From NCBI GenBank assembly GCA_965652295.1, contig CBFGTS010000004.1:128001-192000 (forward strand): a DNA stretch of 64,000 nucleotides, written 5' to 3'. The notes below the pieces were generated by a model. It had not been told where the DNA came from, did not search any database, and saw only the letters and a program-made list of their open reading frames with translations. A program made the translations under genes and the position numbers. Of the stretch, positions 1 to 9,676 are shown piece after piece (within the stretch, counting starts at the first letter, position 1; each line of letters starts with the position of its first letter). Origin of the DNA: an uncultured Haloferula sp. Lineage in GTDB: Bacteria > Verrucomicrobiota > Verrucomicrobiia > Verrucomicrobiales > Akkermansiaceae.

Positions 1-1794
1 GATGAAGAAGCAGATGGCCATGCGGTCGAGGAAGGCGATGGAATCCGAATACCACCAGCCGTTCTCAACGAGCCACGGTCCGACGAGCCACTTGAAGGCG
101 GCGTAGGCGATGACGTTGGTCACGATGCCGACGACGCCGAACCAGCGCGGAGTGCGGGGCGAGAAGAAGCCGAAGATGAAGACCGCCAGAATGCCCGGCG
201 AAATGAAGCCCTGGAACTCTTGGATGTAGGCGAAGATCGAGGTGAAGTTGTTCAGCTTCGGTGCGACGAGGGCGGCCAGGAGGACGAAGATCACGACGAA
301 CACGCGACCCATCGAGACCAGCTTCGCCGAGTCCTTGGTGCCTGAGAATTTGGCGTAAAGGTCCATCGTGGCGATGGTCGAGGCGGAGTTGAGCATCGAA
401 GCCAGCGAGCTGATGACCGCTCCGCAGAGGGCGGCGAGAACGAACCACGAGATCAGCGGGTGGGGCTTGATCAGGTTGCGGACCAGAATCGGGAAGGCGG
501 CGTCGTAGTCGTAGCCCTTCAACACGCCGGCCGGGGTCTTTCCGCTCGCTGTGGCGAGATCGTTGATCAAGGCAGCGGTTTCTTCCGGGGTACCGGTAGC
601 CGGGACCGGCTGGTCGGCGGCTGCGGCGTTGTTGGCGAGAACTTCGGCGGCGAGTTCGGGCTGGCGTTCGACGAAGGCGGGCTCAACTTCATAGATGGCG
701 CCCTGTTCGGCGGCGGCCATGACCTTTTCGTTGATCGCCTGGGCACCGGCGTGCAGGTCCCCGGAGAACAGGTTGAAGGCGAGGATACCCGGAATGACCA
801 CGACGAAGGGAATGATCAGCTTGAGGAAGGCGGCGAACACGATGCCCTTCTGGCCTTCGGCGAGCGACTTCGATCCGAGCGTGCGCTGGACGATATACTG
901 GTTGAGGCCCCAGTAGAAAAAGTTGGGAATCCAGAGACCGATGAGCAGCGCGGTCCAAGGAATGTCGGAGTCTTCCTTCGGGCGCACCATGTGCATCTTG
1001 CCGCCGGAGAGGTTGGATCCATTGACGGCTTCGGCCTCGCCGTTCTTGCCGTCGTTCAGAAGCATGAGGCGCTCCCATGCGCCGGCGGTTTCAAGGTCCT
1101 GAACGGTCGCGGTGGAGTTGGCGACCTTGGTTTGGATCAGCTCTTCAGCCGGACGATCGGAGAGGGTCTCGAAGGCGAAATACATCACGACCGCACCGCC
1201 AAGAACGAGGGCGGCACCCCAGATGAGGTCGGTCCAGGCGCAGGCCTTGAGGCCACCCACGAAGACATACACGGCCGCGAAGGCGGCGATCAGCCAGCAC
1301 ATCGCCGTGAGATTGTTGAGGACGGGAACCTCGTGGTAGTACTCCGAGACGAACTTGGCGCCGGAAAAGATCACCGAGGAGGTGGTGACGAACACGAGGG
1401 TGACGATGGCTGGAATGGCCATCGCGAGCCGGGCCACACCGTCGAAGCGATATTCGAGGAACTCGGGAATGGTGTAGAGGCCTGCCTTGAGGAAGCGGGG
1501 GAGGAACCAGAAGGCGACGAAGACGAGCGTCACGGCGGCCATCCATTCGTAGGAGGCGATCGCCATGCCCAGCCAGTTGGCGGAGGAGCCGGACATGCCG
1601 ACGAACTGCTCGGTGGAGATATTGGCGGCAATCAGGGAAAAGCCCACAAGCCACCAGGTGAGGCCGCGGCCGGCGAGGAAGTAACCGGAGGCTCCGGCGT
1701 CCTCGGCGTGGACTTCATCGCGGGCTTTCCAGATGCCTAGCGCGACGACGCCGACGACGGCGACGACAAACAAGATGACTTCAAGGCTGTTCAT
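1..1794 (-). CDS. Sodium:solute symporter (SSS/SLC5 family), probable Na+/glucose-galactose cotransporter; 3' end outside window
   Basis: Not in ORF track because it runs off the edge. Manual translation from ATG at 1794: MNSLEVILFVVAVVGVVALGIWKAR...YFLAGRGLTWWLVGFSLIAANISTEQFVGMSG...IASYEWMAA...YTIPEFLEYRF, typical SSS motifs. Downstream of galM. Confidence 0.93.
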   Translation of the reverse strand, partial: MNSLEVILFVVAVVGVVALGIWKARDEVHAEDAGASGYFLAGRGLTWWLVGFSLIAANISTEQFVGMSGSSANWLGMAIASYEWMAAVTLVFVAFWFLPRFLKAGLYTIPEFLEYRFDGVARLAMAIPAIVTLVFVTTSSVIFSGAKFVSEYYHEVPVLNNLTAMCWLIAAFAAVYVFVGGLKACAWTDLIWGAALVLGGAVVMYFAFETLSDRPAEELIQTKVANSTATVQDLETAGAWERLMLLNDGKNGEAEAVNGSNLSGGKMHMVRPKEDSDIPWTALLIGLWIPNFFYWGLNQYIVQRTLGSKSLAEGQKGIVFAAFLKLIIPFVVVIPGILAFNLFSGDLHAGAQAINEKVMAAAEQGAIYEVEPAFVERQPELAAEVLANNAAAADQPVPATGTPEETAALINDLATASGKTPAGVLKGYDYDAAFPILVRNLIKPHPLISWFVLAALCGAVISSLASMLNSASTIATMDLYAKFSGTKDSAKLVSMGRVFVVIFVLLAALVAPKLNNFTSIFAYIQEFQGFISPGILAVFIFGFFSPRTPRWFGVVGIVTNVIAYAAFKWLVGPWLVENGWWYSDSIAFLDRMAICFFI

Positions 1795-1891
1795 GGGTTT
1801 GGTGGATCAGTTGTTAGCGCGGTATTCAAGGGGGCGTGAAACAGGGCGGCAAGGCCGGAATGCGTGCTCGGGCCCACCCGATGAGAGGGCG

Positions 1892-1924
1892 AAAAAAAGC
1901 CGCCGGGGAGTGGCCCGGCGGCTT
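1892..1924 (-). terminator. Intrinsic terminator after galM
   Basis: AAGCCGCCGGG/CCCGGCGGCTT stem with A7 run on + (U-tail on -). Confidence 0.75.
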
Positions 1925-1939
1925 GGGAAAAGATGGTAA

Positions 1940-3109
1940 TTACTCGGCGGAGAACTTGTGGACCATCACGTGGCGGTAGGTTTCGCCGGGCTTGAGAACA
2001 GCCGAGGGAAACTCGGGCTGGTTGGGGGCGTCCGGGAAGTTCTCGGTTTCCAAGCAAAGCGCGGTGCGGTGCTGGTACTTCACGCCGTCCTTGCCGGTGG
2101 TGGTGCCGTCGAGGAAATTGCCACCGTAGAACTGGATCGCGGGCTGGTTGCTGGTGATTTCCATGACGCGGCCGGACTTGGGATCCTTGAGGCGGGCGGC
2201 GAGGGCGAGGCCGTTGGTGTCGGGCTTGGTGAGGACCCAGCAATGGTCGTAGCCGAGGCCGAGCTTGAGGGCTTCGAAGTCCTGATCGACCCGCTCGCCG
2301 ATGGCGGTCGGTTCGGTGAAGTCCATCGGTGTGCCGGCCACGGGAGCGAGTTCGCCGGTGGGGATCAGGCCGGCATCGGTCGGCAGAAATTTGTCGGCGG
2401 GCAGCATCAGCACGTGGTCGGCGATGGGAGTGTTGGCCTCGCCGGAGAGGTTCCAGTAGCTGTGGTGGACGAGGTTGACGACGGTCGGCTTGTCGGTGGT
2501 GGCGGTGGCCTCCCACTTGAGTTCGTTGGCGTCCGTGAGGGTGTAGGTAATGGTGGCGGTCAGGGTGCCGGGGTAACCTTCCTCACCGTCCTCGGAGATG
2601 TATTCCAAGGTGACGGAGCCGGGGGCCTCGGAGTCCTTGAGCGACCAGAGGCGCTTGTTGAAGCCGACTTCGCCGCCGTGGAGGTGGCAGGGGATGCCGC
2701 CGGGCTCGTTGTTGGTGGCGAGGGTGTATTCCTTGCCATCAAGGGTGAACTTGCCGTGGGCGATGCGGTTGCCAAAGCGTCCGACCGAAGCACCGAAGTA
2801 GGGGTTGTTCTCGCTGTTGTAGCCATCGACGGAGTCGAAGCCGTAGGTCACGTCGGCGAGGTTGCCGTCCTTGTCCGGCACGGTGAGGGAAACCAGGGTG
2901 GCTCCGAAGTCGGAGACCTTCGCGGTCATCCCGGCGGAGTTGGTGAGTGTGTAGAGGTGGGTTTCGCGGCCGTCGGGCAGGGTGCCGAAGGATTCCACCG
3001 GAAGATCGGTGGTGGCGGTCCCGGCTTCGTCGGCCGGAGTGGAGGATTCCTTGCAGGCCGCGAGCGTGGCGACGGCACCGAGGAGCACGAGTTGGTTCAG
3101 GGCTTTCAT
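1940..3109 (-). CDS. galM: Aldose 1-epimerase (galactose mutarotase), lipoprotein
   Basis: YFGASVGRFGNRI, HLHGG, VNLVHHSYWNL, GYDHCW and LCLET motifs. Start moved to MKALNQ; lipobox LAAC. Confidence 0.93.
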   Translation of the reverse strand: MKALNQLVLLGAVATLAACKESSTPADEAGTATTDLPVESFGTLPDGRETHLYTLTNSAGMTAKVSDFGATLVSLTVPDKDGNLADVTYGFDSVDGYNSENNPYFGASVGRFGNRIAHGKFTLDGKEYTLATNNEPGGIPCHLHGGEVGFNKRLWSLKDSEAPGSVTLEYISEDGEEGYPGTLTATITYTLTDANELKWEATATTDKPTVVNLVHHSYWNLSGEANTPIADHVLMLPADKFLPTDAGLIPTGELAPVAGTPMDFTEPTAIGERVDQDFEALKLGLGYDHCWVLTKPDTNGLALAARLKDPKSGRVMEITSNQPAIQFYGGNFLDGTTTGKDGVKYQHRTALCLETENFPDAPNQPEFPSAVLKPGETYRHVMVHKFSAE

Positions 3110-3243
3110 ATAGGGTTGGAAAACGTGGTGCCTCACCGACTACCTCATTCGAAGGAGGGAAGGGAAGGGCTGATTTGGAGATGTCGGACATCGGGCCGAC
3201 TCCGGGCTTTGACGTCGAGGGGTGGGATGCTTGGCTTGGAGTC

Positions 3244-3693
3244 ATGAGCACGTCGAGTGATCTGATGAAAAACCCCGAGGACTGGCTGCGGCGAATCCTG
3301 GTGGAGTCCGGCTGTCAGACGGGCACCTTGCATCGCTCGGCGGACGGCCGGTGGCTGGAGCTGGTGGCGGCGGTCGGGGTGCCGGAGAAATTGCTTCCGG
3401 TGATTTCCCGCATTCCCTTCGGAAAAGGCATCGCGGGTGCCGCGGCGGCGCGCGGCGGTCCGGTGGAGCTGTGCAATCTCCAGCAGGATCTCGGCGGCGT
3501 GGCCAAGGAGGGAGCACGGCAGACGAAGGTCTCGGGCTCGCTGGCGGTGCCGGTTTTTTCCGCGAAGGATGAGCGGGTCATCGGTACGCTGGGGATCGGC
3601 ATGTCCGAGCCTCATGATTTCAGCGAGGAGGAGAAGTCGCGCTTGGCCGACACGGCACGCCGGGTTGCGGAGGTTTGGGAGCAGGACCATTGA
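3244..3693 (+). CDS. GAF domain protein
   Basis: RIPFGKGIAGAAA...SLAVPVF...VIGTLGIG...FSEEE pattern. Start uncertain (3244 or 3266 region). Confidence 0.75.
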   Translation: MSTSSDLMKNPEDWLRRILVESGCQTGTLHRSADGRWLELVAAVGVPEKLLPVISRIPFGKGIAGAAAARGGPVELCNLQQDLGGVAKEGARQTKVSGSLAVPVFSAKDERVIGTLGIGMSEPHDFSEEEKSRLADTARRVAEVWEQDH

Positions 3694-3724
3694 CCGGTCG
3701 CAGAGCGCTGTTAGTTTGAGGGCC

Positions 3725-4192
3725 ATGACACCCGAGGCGGCCGCGAAAAAAATCCTGGATACGATGCTGGGGCATCTGGGGTTTCCCGTGTCCATCGAGT
3801 TGCAGCAGCACGAGGACGGACCGTGTCTGCAGATCCTGACCAGCGAGAGCCGCCACCTGATCGGCAAGGACGGCGGCCGGCTCGACGATCTCCAGTATCT
3901 GGTCAACCGGATCCTGCGGAAACATTTCCCCGACGCGCAGCGGATCAAGGTGGACTGCGAACATTTCCGGGCGATCCAGGAGGACAAGCTGATGGAGGAG
4001 GTGAAAGGCCTCGCCGAGCGGGTGAAGGCGTCCGGCAAGGCTTTGAAAATGCGGCCGTTGAACGCCTATTACCGCCGCCTGGTCCATAATGCCTTGCTCG
4101 ATGAGCCGGAGGTGGAAAGCGTTTCGCCCTCCGGCGACGACCGTTTGAAGCGGATCACCCTGCGTTTGAAATCTCCATCCAAAGACACATGA
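3725..4192 (+). CDS. KH + R3H RNA-binding protein (Jag/KhpB/EloR-like, lacking Jag_N)
   Basis: KH motif LIGKDGGRLDDLQYLVN; R3H motif PLNAYYRRLVHNAL. Confidence 0.88.
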   Translation: MTPEAAAKKILDTMLGHLGFPVSIELQQHEDGPCLQILTSESRHLIGKDGGRLDDLQYLVNRILRKHFPDAQRIKVDCEHFRAIQEDKLMEEVKGLAERVKASGKALKMRPLNAYYRRLVHNALLDEPEVESVSPSGDDRLKRITLRLKSPSKDT

Positions 4193-4653
4193 AGAAGTTC
4201 CTTTTCGACTGCGGCACGCGCGAGATGACCACCTCCGCGGGCCTACTGGTTCTGCGGCTCGGTATCGGCCTGATGATGCTGATCGGCCACGGCTGGGCAA
4301 AAATCGGGATGTTCGAGAAAGCGAAGGACAGTTGGACGGTGCCGGGGGTGCCGCCGCTTTCCTGGATGTCTCCGCCGGTGAGCATGTTGATGACGATCTT
4401 CGCCGAAGTCGGTTGCAGTGCCTTGCTGGTGCTCGGCCTGATGACGCGTCCGGCGGCTTTCGTGCTGGGCTTCGCGATGCTGGTGGCGGCATTCCAGGTC
4501 CACGGGGCCGATCCGTTTTTCATGGCCGGAGGCGCGGCGAAAGAGCCGGCGATCCTGTATTTCCTCCCGTGTCTGGTGCTGGTGTTGGCGGGAGGCGGCC
4601 TCTACTCGGCCGATGCCGCGATTTACCGCGGAAAGAAGCGTCGGTTTTTCTGA
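4189..4653 (+). CDS. DoxX family membrane protein
   Basis: LLVLRLGIG..HGWAK, AEVGCSALLVLGLMTRPAA, GGGLYSAD. Confidence 0.88.
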   Translation: MKKFLFDCGTREMTTSAGLLVLRLGIGLMMLIGHGWAKIGMFEKAKDSWTVPGVPPLSWMSPPVSMLMTIFAEVGCSALLVLGLMTRPAAFVLGFAMLVAAFQVHGADPFFMAGGAAKEPAILYFLPCLVLVLAGGGLYSADAAIYRGKKRRFF

Positions 4654-4662
4654 TCCATCGCG

Positions 4663-5010
4663 ATGGAAACACAGCGACTCGTCTTGCCCGAGGACCTGAA
4701 CCACCTCGGCTTTCTCTTCGGCGGGCGGCTGCTGGCCTGGGTCGATGAGGCGAGCTGGATCGCGGCGAGCCTCGACTATCCGCACTGCCAGTTCGTGACG
4801 ATCGGGATGGACAAGGTGGAGTTCCGGCACGCGGTGCGGCAGGGGACGATTCTTTCGATCGCCTGCGAGCGGGTGAGGGAGGGCAGCACTTCGGTGAGCT
4901 ATGACGTGAAGGTGACGGACCGCCGGCACGACCAGGGTCCGCCGATTTTTACGACGCGGGTGACCTACGTCAGCGTTGACGACGCGGGGCGGAAGCGGGC
5001 GATCCGCTGA
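4663..5010 (+). CDS. Acyl-CoA thioesterase (hotdog fold, YciA-like)
   Basis: VLPEDLNHLGFLFGGRLLAWVDEA motif. Confidence 0.88.
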   Translation: METQRLVLPEDLNHLGFLFGGRLLAWVDEASWIAASLDYPHCQFVTIGMDKVEFRHAVRQGTILSIACERVREGSTSVSYDVKVTDRRHDQGPPIFTTRVTYVSVDDAGRKRAIR

Positions 5011-5015
5011 AGTCG

Positions 5016-6752
5016 TCAGGAAACCGGTTGCTGGTCGAGGAACGACTTGCGGCAGAGTTCGGCGTATTTTCCCTCGCGGGCGAGGAGCTCCTCGTGGGTG
5101 CCCACCTCGATCACGCGGCCGTGTTCGAGGACATAAATGCGGTCGGCGTTCTGGATGGTCGAAAGGCGGTGGGCGATGACGAAGGCGGTGCGGTTCTTCA
5201 TCAGCGCATCAAGCGCGGCTTGGATGTCGTGCTCGGTCTGGGAGTCGACCGCGGCGGTGGCTTCATCAAGGAGGAGGATCGGCGCGTTCTTGAGCAGGGC
5301 GCGGGCGATCGAGAGACGCTGCTTTTCCCCGCCGGAGAGCTTCACGCCGCGCTCGCCGACGTTGGTGTCGAGCTGCTTCGGCAGCGCGCGGACGAAGTCG
5401 GCGGCGTGGGCGGCTTCGAGACACTGCCATACCGCGGCTTCATCGGCATCGCGGCGGCCGAGCATGAGGTTCTCCCGCACGCTGCCGTTGAAGAGGAAGG
5501 GCTCCTGGGTGACGTAGGCGAGGTTTTCGCGTAGCGAGGGCTTGGCCACGGTGGCGATGTCGATGCCATCGATGGTGATGCACCCGGAGGTGACCTCGTA
5601 GAAGCGGTTCAGCAGGGAGAGCACCGTCGATTTTCCCGCACCGGTGGATCCCACCAAGGCGATCGTCTGGCCGGGCAGGGCCTCGATTCCCACCTCGTGG
5701 AGCGTCGGCTGGTCGCCATAGGAAAACGAAACGTCCTCGAAGCGGACCTTCGCCTCGATCGGCTTCGGCAGGGTGGTGCCGTCGGCGGCGTTCGGCTCGT
5801 CCTCCGCATCCATGATCTCGAACACCCGGTCGGCGGCCGCGCGGGAGGAAAAGATGAGCTGGTTGAGCTGGCGGAGCTTCGAGACCGGCTCGTAGAAGAG
5901 GCTGAGGAGGAGGAAGAAGAAGGTGATGTCACCGAGGGTCATCCGCCCTTCAATGATCGCCACCGAGCCGAAACCGAGAACCAGCGCGTAGCCCAGCATG
6001 CTGGCAAAGGACATCGAGGGATTGTAAATGGCCCACCATTTCATCAGCCGCAGGGTCGCGGTCCGGACGCCGTGGGAGAGCTTGTTGAAATTGTCATGCT
6101 CGACGGTCTCGGCGGCGTAGGACTTGATTTGACGGATGCCGGCGATGTTGTCGTGCAGCAGCGAATTCAGCGCGGAGGTGGCGTTCCGCTCCGCCTTGTG
6201 GCGGCTGCGGGCGTCCTTCGAGTAAACCCACGCTCCGGCGATCAGGATCGGGATCGGCAAGGTGGCCCACAGCGCCACCTGCCAGTCCGTCAGGTACATG
6301 ACCACGCCCACCGCGATGAGCTGAATCAGCGCCACGAGCCCGAGTTCGATGCCGTCGATCAGGACCCGTTCCATGGAGGTCACGTCCTCGACCACCCGGG
6401 TCATCACGTCCCCGGTGCGGCGGGTGTCGAACCAGTTCAGCGGCAGCCGCTGGATCTTCCGGTAGAGGTCCGAACGGATGTCGTAGATCACGTTCTGCTC
6501 GAAGTGGTTGTTCACGAAGATTCGGGCGCAGTTCAGGCCGTCCTTGAGGAGGAAACTTGCGAGTCCGAGCAGCACCCACATCAGCAGCTCCCCGTGGCGG
6601 TCGGGATGCGGGAGGATCTCATCGATCACGTGCTGGGTGACGCCCGGGAAAAAAATGACCGAGACGGCCATCAGCGTCGCACAGAAGAATTGCGCGGTCG
6701 CAAGGCCGGGATAGCGCCTCAAATAGGCGAAAACGCGTAGGACCGAGTGCAT
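5016..6752 (-). CDS. ABC exporter, fused permease/ATPase (MsbA-like family)
   Basis: TM domain plus Walker A GSTGAGKS, LSGGEKQR, LLLDEAT and IAHRLSTI. Confidence 0.93.
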   Translation of the reverse strand: MHSVLRVFAYLRRYPGLATAQFFCATLMAVSVIFFPGVTQHVIDEILPHPDRHGELLMWVLLGLASFLLKDGLNCARIFVNNHFEQNVIYDIRSDLYRKIQRLPLNWFDTRRTGDVMTRVVEDVTSMERVLIDGIELGLVALIQLIAVGVVMYLTDWQVALWATLPIPILIAGAWVYSKDARSRHKAERNATSALNSLLHDNIAGIRQIKSYAAETVEHDNFNKLSHGVRTATLRLMKWWAIYNPSMSFASMLGYALVLGFGSVAIIEGRMTLGDITFFFLLLSLFYEPVSKLRQLNQLIFSSRAAADRVFEIMDAEDEPNAADGTTLPKPIEAKVRFEDVSFSYGDQPTLHEVGIEALPGQTIALVGSTGAGKSTVLSLLNRFYEVTSGCITIDGIDIATVAKPSLRENLAYVTQEPFLFNGSVRENLMLGRRDADEAAVWQCLEAAHAADFVRALPKQLDTNVGERGVKLSGGEKQRLSIARALLKNAPILLLDEATAAVDSQTEHDIQAALDALMKNRTAFVIAHRLSTIQNADRIYVLEHGRVIEVGTHEELLAREGKYAELCRKSFLDQQPVS

Positions 6753-6889
6753 AAAAGGCGGTCAGCCATCGTGCCGTCGACGCCCTTTGTAAAGGAACGT
6801 TTGCAATTGCCGCATTTAAGGGTTGCGGGGGGGTAATCCGACTCCCTAACTTCCGGGCCCAAGAAACCCACCTTCCTCCAAAAAATTCC

Positions 6890-7690
6890 ATGGCCAACAT
6901 TTTTGCCATCATCAGTGCGGTGCTTCTCGCCGCTTCCGCCTACGTCGCCTTCAAAAACAAGACCGCCTATCAGAACGAGATCGATCGCCGCCTGAGCGCC
7001 GAGCGAAACCTCGAACAGAATCAGGTGCGTCTGGCCGACCTCCAAGGACAGCGCGATGAAACGATCGCCACCCGCGAGGACGTCGAGTCCCAAACCGAGG
7101 CCCGCCGTGAGGAAGAGGTCACGGTTCAGACGACCAACAACCAGCTGAAGACGGACTTGGGCACCAAGAAGGCGACCTCCGAGGAGAACGCCGAACGGAT
7201 CGCCGAAATCGAGGAGCAGACCCAGGAACTCGGCGAAGTTCAGGAAGTCGCCGGCAAGATCCGCCAGCTCAAGGAGGAGATTTCCGAATTCGAAGACCAG
7301 CGGGCCACCCTTCAAGCGACGCGCGCCAACCTGCTCTCCGAGCGCAACAGCACGCAGGCGGTCATTTCCGACTACAACAAGATCAACCGCGATTACTCGA
7401 ACAAGAACTCGTTCTTCGATTCCGCCAGCATCAGCGCGATCTACGGCCCGTGGGGTTTTGTGACCATCTCCGCCGGCAATGCCGCGGGTGCGGTGGCAGG
7501 CTCGACGCTGGATGTGGTGCGCGATGGCGAGACGATCGCCAAGCTCCGCGTCCGCACCGTGGAAGCCGGCCGCGCTTCCGCCGATGTCATCCCCGGCTCC
7601 GTGGCCGAGGACACCACGCTGATGATCGGTGACACCGTCCGGCCCGCCGCGGGTGGATCGTCCAGCTCCGATGCCACCGAAGGCAACTGA
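6890..7690 (+). CDS. Membrane-anchored coiled-coil protein with C-terminal beta domain
   Basis: N-terminal hydrophobic helix, long E/Q/K-rich heptad region, C-terminal GFVTISAG...GSTLDVVRDG..IAKLRV...GDTV. Confidence 0.8.
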   Translation: MANIFAIISAVLLAASAYVAFKNKTAYQNEIDRRLSAERNLEQNQVRLADLQGQRDETIATREDVESQTEARREEEVTVQTTNNQLKTDLGTKKATSEENAERIAEIEEQTQELGEVQEVAGKIRQLKEEISEFEDQRATLQATRANLLSERNSTQAVISDYNKINRDYSNKNSFFDSASISAIYGPWGFVTISAGNAAGAVAGSTLDVVRDGETIAKLRVRTVEAGRASADVIPGSVAEDTTLMIGDTVRPAAGGSSSSDATEGN

Positions 7691-7725
7691 AGGCCCACCG
7701 GCAAAAACCCCATTTCCCATCACTC

Positions 7726-8541
7726 ATGAAAGCCCTGTTTTACGTTCTCGCCGTCCTCGGCATCGGTGCCGCGGCCTACTTCTCCAGCGTCACCAAGAAA
7801 AATCTGGAGCAACAGATCGCCGTCCATCAGGAAACCGTCTCCAACAACCGACGCGTTTCCGCGAACATTGACAAGACCTCGGCCGAACTTGAGGCGGAAG
7901 AAGGCAGCCTTGGCGCCGCCAACGAAGCCCTCGCCGAAGTCGATGCGAGCATTTCCAAGCTGAAAGCCGACCAAGCAACCATCAAGCGCGAGATCGCCAC
8001 CGTGGAAGGTGAAATCGAGGAGCAGAAGGCGAAATTGGACGAAGCCGAGAAGGCCCGCATCGCCATCCAGGAAGCTCTCAGTGCCGCCGGATTTGAGGGC
8101 GAGGTGACGATGAGCAGCATCCAGGAGAACATCAAATCGCTGACCGATCGTCAGAAGGAACTCGCTGCCGAAGTCGAGGAGCTCACGAGCACCATCGATT
8201 CGACGGAGAAGAGCATCGTTCAGAACCGCGAAGAGATCACCCGCCTGGCGCGCCGCAAGACTCAGCGTGACGCCCGCATCCGCCGCAACGCGATGTCCTC
8301 GGTGATCACCGGAGTCGATCAGAACTACGGTTTCGTGATCATCGGCGCTGGCAGCAACAGCGGCTTCCGGCCCCAGACCCGTCTGCTGGTGACCCGCAAC
8401 GGCCGCCGCATCGCCGAAGTCACTCCTTCGAGCATCGAGGCCTCCCAGACGGTTGCCGAGATCGACTTCGACTCGCTCGCTCCGGGCGTGGTGATCCAAC
8501 CGGGTGACCGGGTGATCCTGGCTGAGCCGGCCACCAACTGA
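7726..8541 (+). CDS. Paralogous membrane-anchored coiled-coil protein
   Basis: Same architecture as 6890-7690; C-terminal GFVIIGAG...LLVTRNG..IAEV...GDRV. Confidence 0.8.
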   Translation: MKALFYVLAVLGIGAAAYFSSVTKKNLEQQIAVHQETVSNNRRVSANIDKTSAELEAEEGSLGAANEALAEVDASISKLKADQATIKREIATVEGEIEEQKAKLDEAEKARIAIQEALSAAGFEGEVTMSSIQENIKSLTDRQKELAAEVEELTSTIDSTEKSIVQNREEITRLARRKTQRDARIRRNAMSSVITGVDQNYGFVIIGAGSNSGFRPQTRLLVTRNGRRIAEVTPSSIEASQTVAEIDFDSLAPGVVIQPGDRVILAEPATN

Positions 8542-8561
8542 GCCCCAAGCTTTCTTTTCCC

Positions 8562-8600
8562 AAAAACCTCCGCGCGCTTGAAACGCACGGAGGTTTTTTT
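8562..8600 (+). terminator. Intrinsic terminator (possibly bidirectional)
   Basis: AAAAACCTCCG...CGGAGGTTTTTTT. Confidence 0.8.
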
Positions 8601-8611
8601 ATGCTCCGGCC

Positions 8612-8800
8612 ATGCGCCTTCTCCCGATCGTCTTGCTCTTCGCCGGATTCGCTCCCTTGGTTTCCTGCACTTCGGATCCGGATCTCGATCCCCAACCGAG
8701 GAAGCCGCCGACGGCCTCCAGCCAGCTTCCGCACAACCGCCCGATCGCAGGGCAGGGTGGCGGTCAAATGAGCGCGCTGCCCAGCCAGCCGCGGCGCTAA
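8612..8800 (+). CDS. Small lipoprotein, 62 aa
   Basis: Signal peptide ending LVSC; Pro-rich mature part. Confidence 0.6.
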   Translation: MRLLPIVLLFAGFAPLVSCTSDPDLDPQPRKPPTASSQLPHNRPIAGQGGGQMSALPSQPRR

Positions 8801-8820
8801 GCCGAACGGGTTCGGCGGGC

Positions 8821-9261
8821 TCAGCGATGGTAGGGCTCGCCCTTCCTCAGGGTGGCCACGCGGTAGATCTGCTCCAACAGGACGACCAGGGCGATCTCAT
8901 GCTGGAGTGTCAGGCTGGAGAGCTGCCAGACCCGGTCGCTGGCCTGCCGCAGGGCGGGGGTGTGGCCATCGGAGGCTCCGATCAGGAATGAGACGTTCTT
9001 GATGTCGCCGCGCTGCTCCCATTGCTCGAAGGCATCCGCCCACTCGCGGGTGGTCAGTGCCTCGCCGCGTTCGTCGAGCGCGATGCGGAGGTGGCCCTCG
9101 CTCTTGGCGAGCAGGTTAGCCGAGACGGCCTCGGAATCGCCTGCCTTGAGGACGACCAGTTCCACGTTGCCGTAGCGGCGGAGGCGTCGGAGGTAGTCCT
9201 CGACGCCACGCTTGGCGTGATCCAAGGCGGGTTTGCCCGCCACCATGATCCGGATGCGCAT
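8821..9261 (-). CDS. rlmH: 23S rRNA (pseudouridine1915-N3)-methyltransferase
   Basis: IALDERG, FLIGASDG, LSSLTLQHEIALVVLLEQIYR, PYHR. Start at MRIRIMVAGK. Confidence 0.93.
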   Translation of the reverse strand: MRIRIMVAGKPALDHAKRGVEDYLRRLRRYGNVELVVLKAGDSEAVSANLLAKSEGHLRIALDERGEALTTREWADAFEQWEQRGDIKNVSFLIGASDGHTPALRQASDRVWQLSSLTLQHEIALVVLLEQIYRVATLRKGEPYHR

Positions 9262-9341
9262 CGCCGTCAGTGAAGGAGGAGTTGCCCGCTCTGGCGAGTC
9301 CGGGCTTGCCGCCGCGAAATCGACGGAGATATTCCACCACC

Positions 9342-9662
9342 ATGAAGCAAACGCTCCCGTTGGTCCTGATTCTCGCCGCTTGTGCCCACCACCAAGCGCA
9401 TACGGAGGAGGCTCATAACCGCAAGGTGATGGCACTGCAGGAGAAGTTCGACCGCTTCGATTACAACGCCAACGGCGAGCTCACCCGCGCCGAGATCGTG
9501 CAGGGAGTGCGGGAATCCGACGTGAGCGGGGTGACGTCCGAGGAGCTGGACCTGCTCATGAAGCACTACGACGTCAACAAGGACGGTGCGATTTCCCGCT
9601 GGGAGACGCAGCGTGCCATCGACACGCCGCTCCCGGAGGAAATTCACGATCACGCTCACTGA
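9342..9662 (+). CDS. EF-hand Ca-binding lipoprotein
   Basis: Lipobox LAAC; two EF-hand loops DYNANGELTRAE and DVNKDGAISRWE. Confidence 0.8.
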   Translation: MKQTLPLVLILAACAHHQAHTEEAHNRKVMALQEKFDRFDYNANGELTRAEIVQGVRESDVSGVTSEELDLLMKHYDVNKDGAISRWETQRAIDTPLPEEIHDHAH

Positions 9663-9676
9663 CCGGCTCGTCCCGG

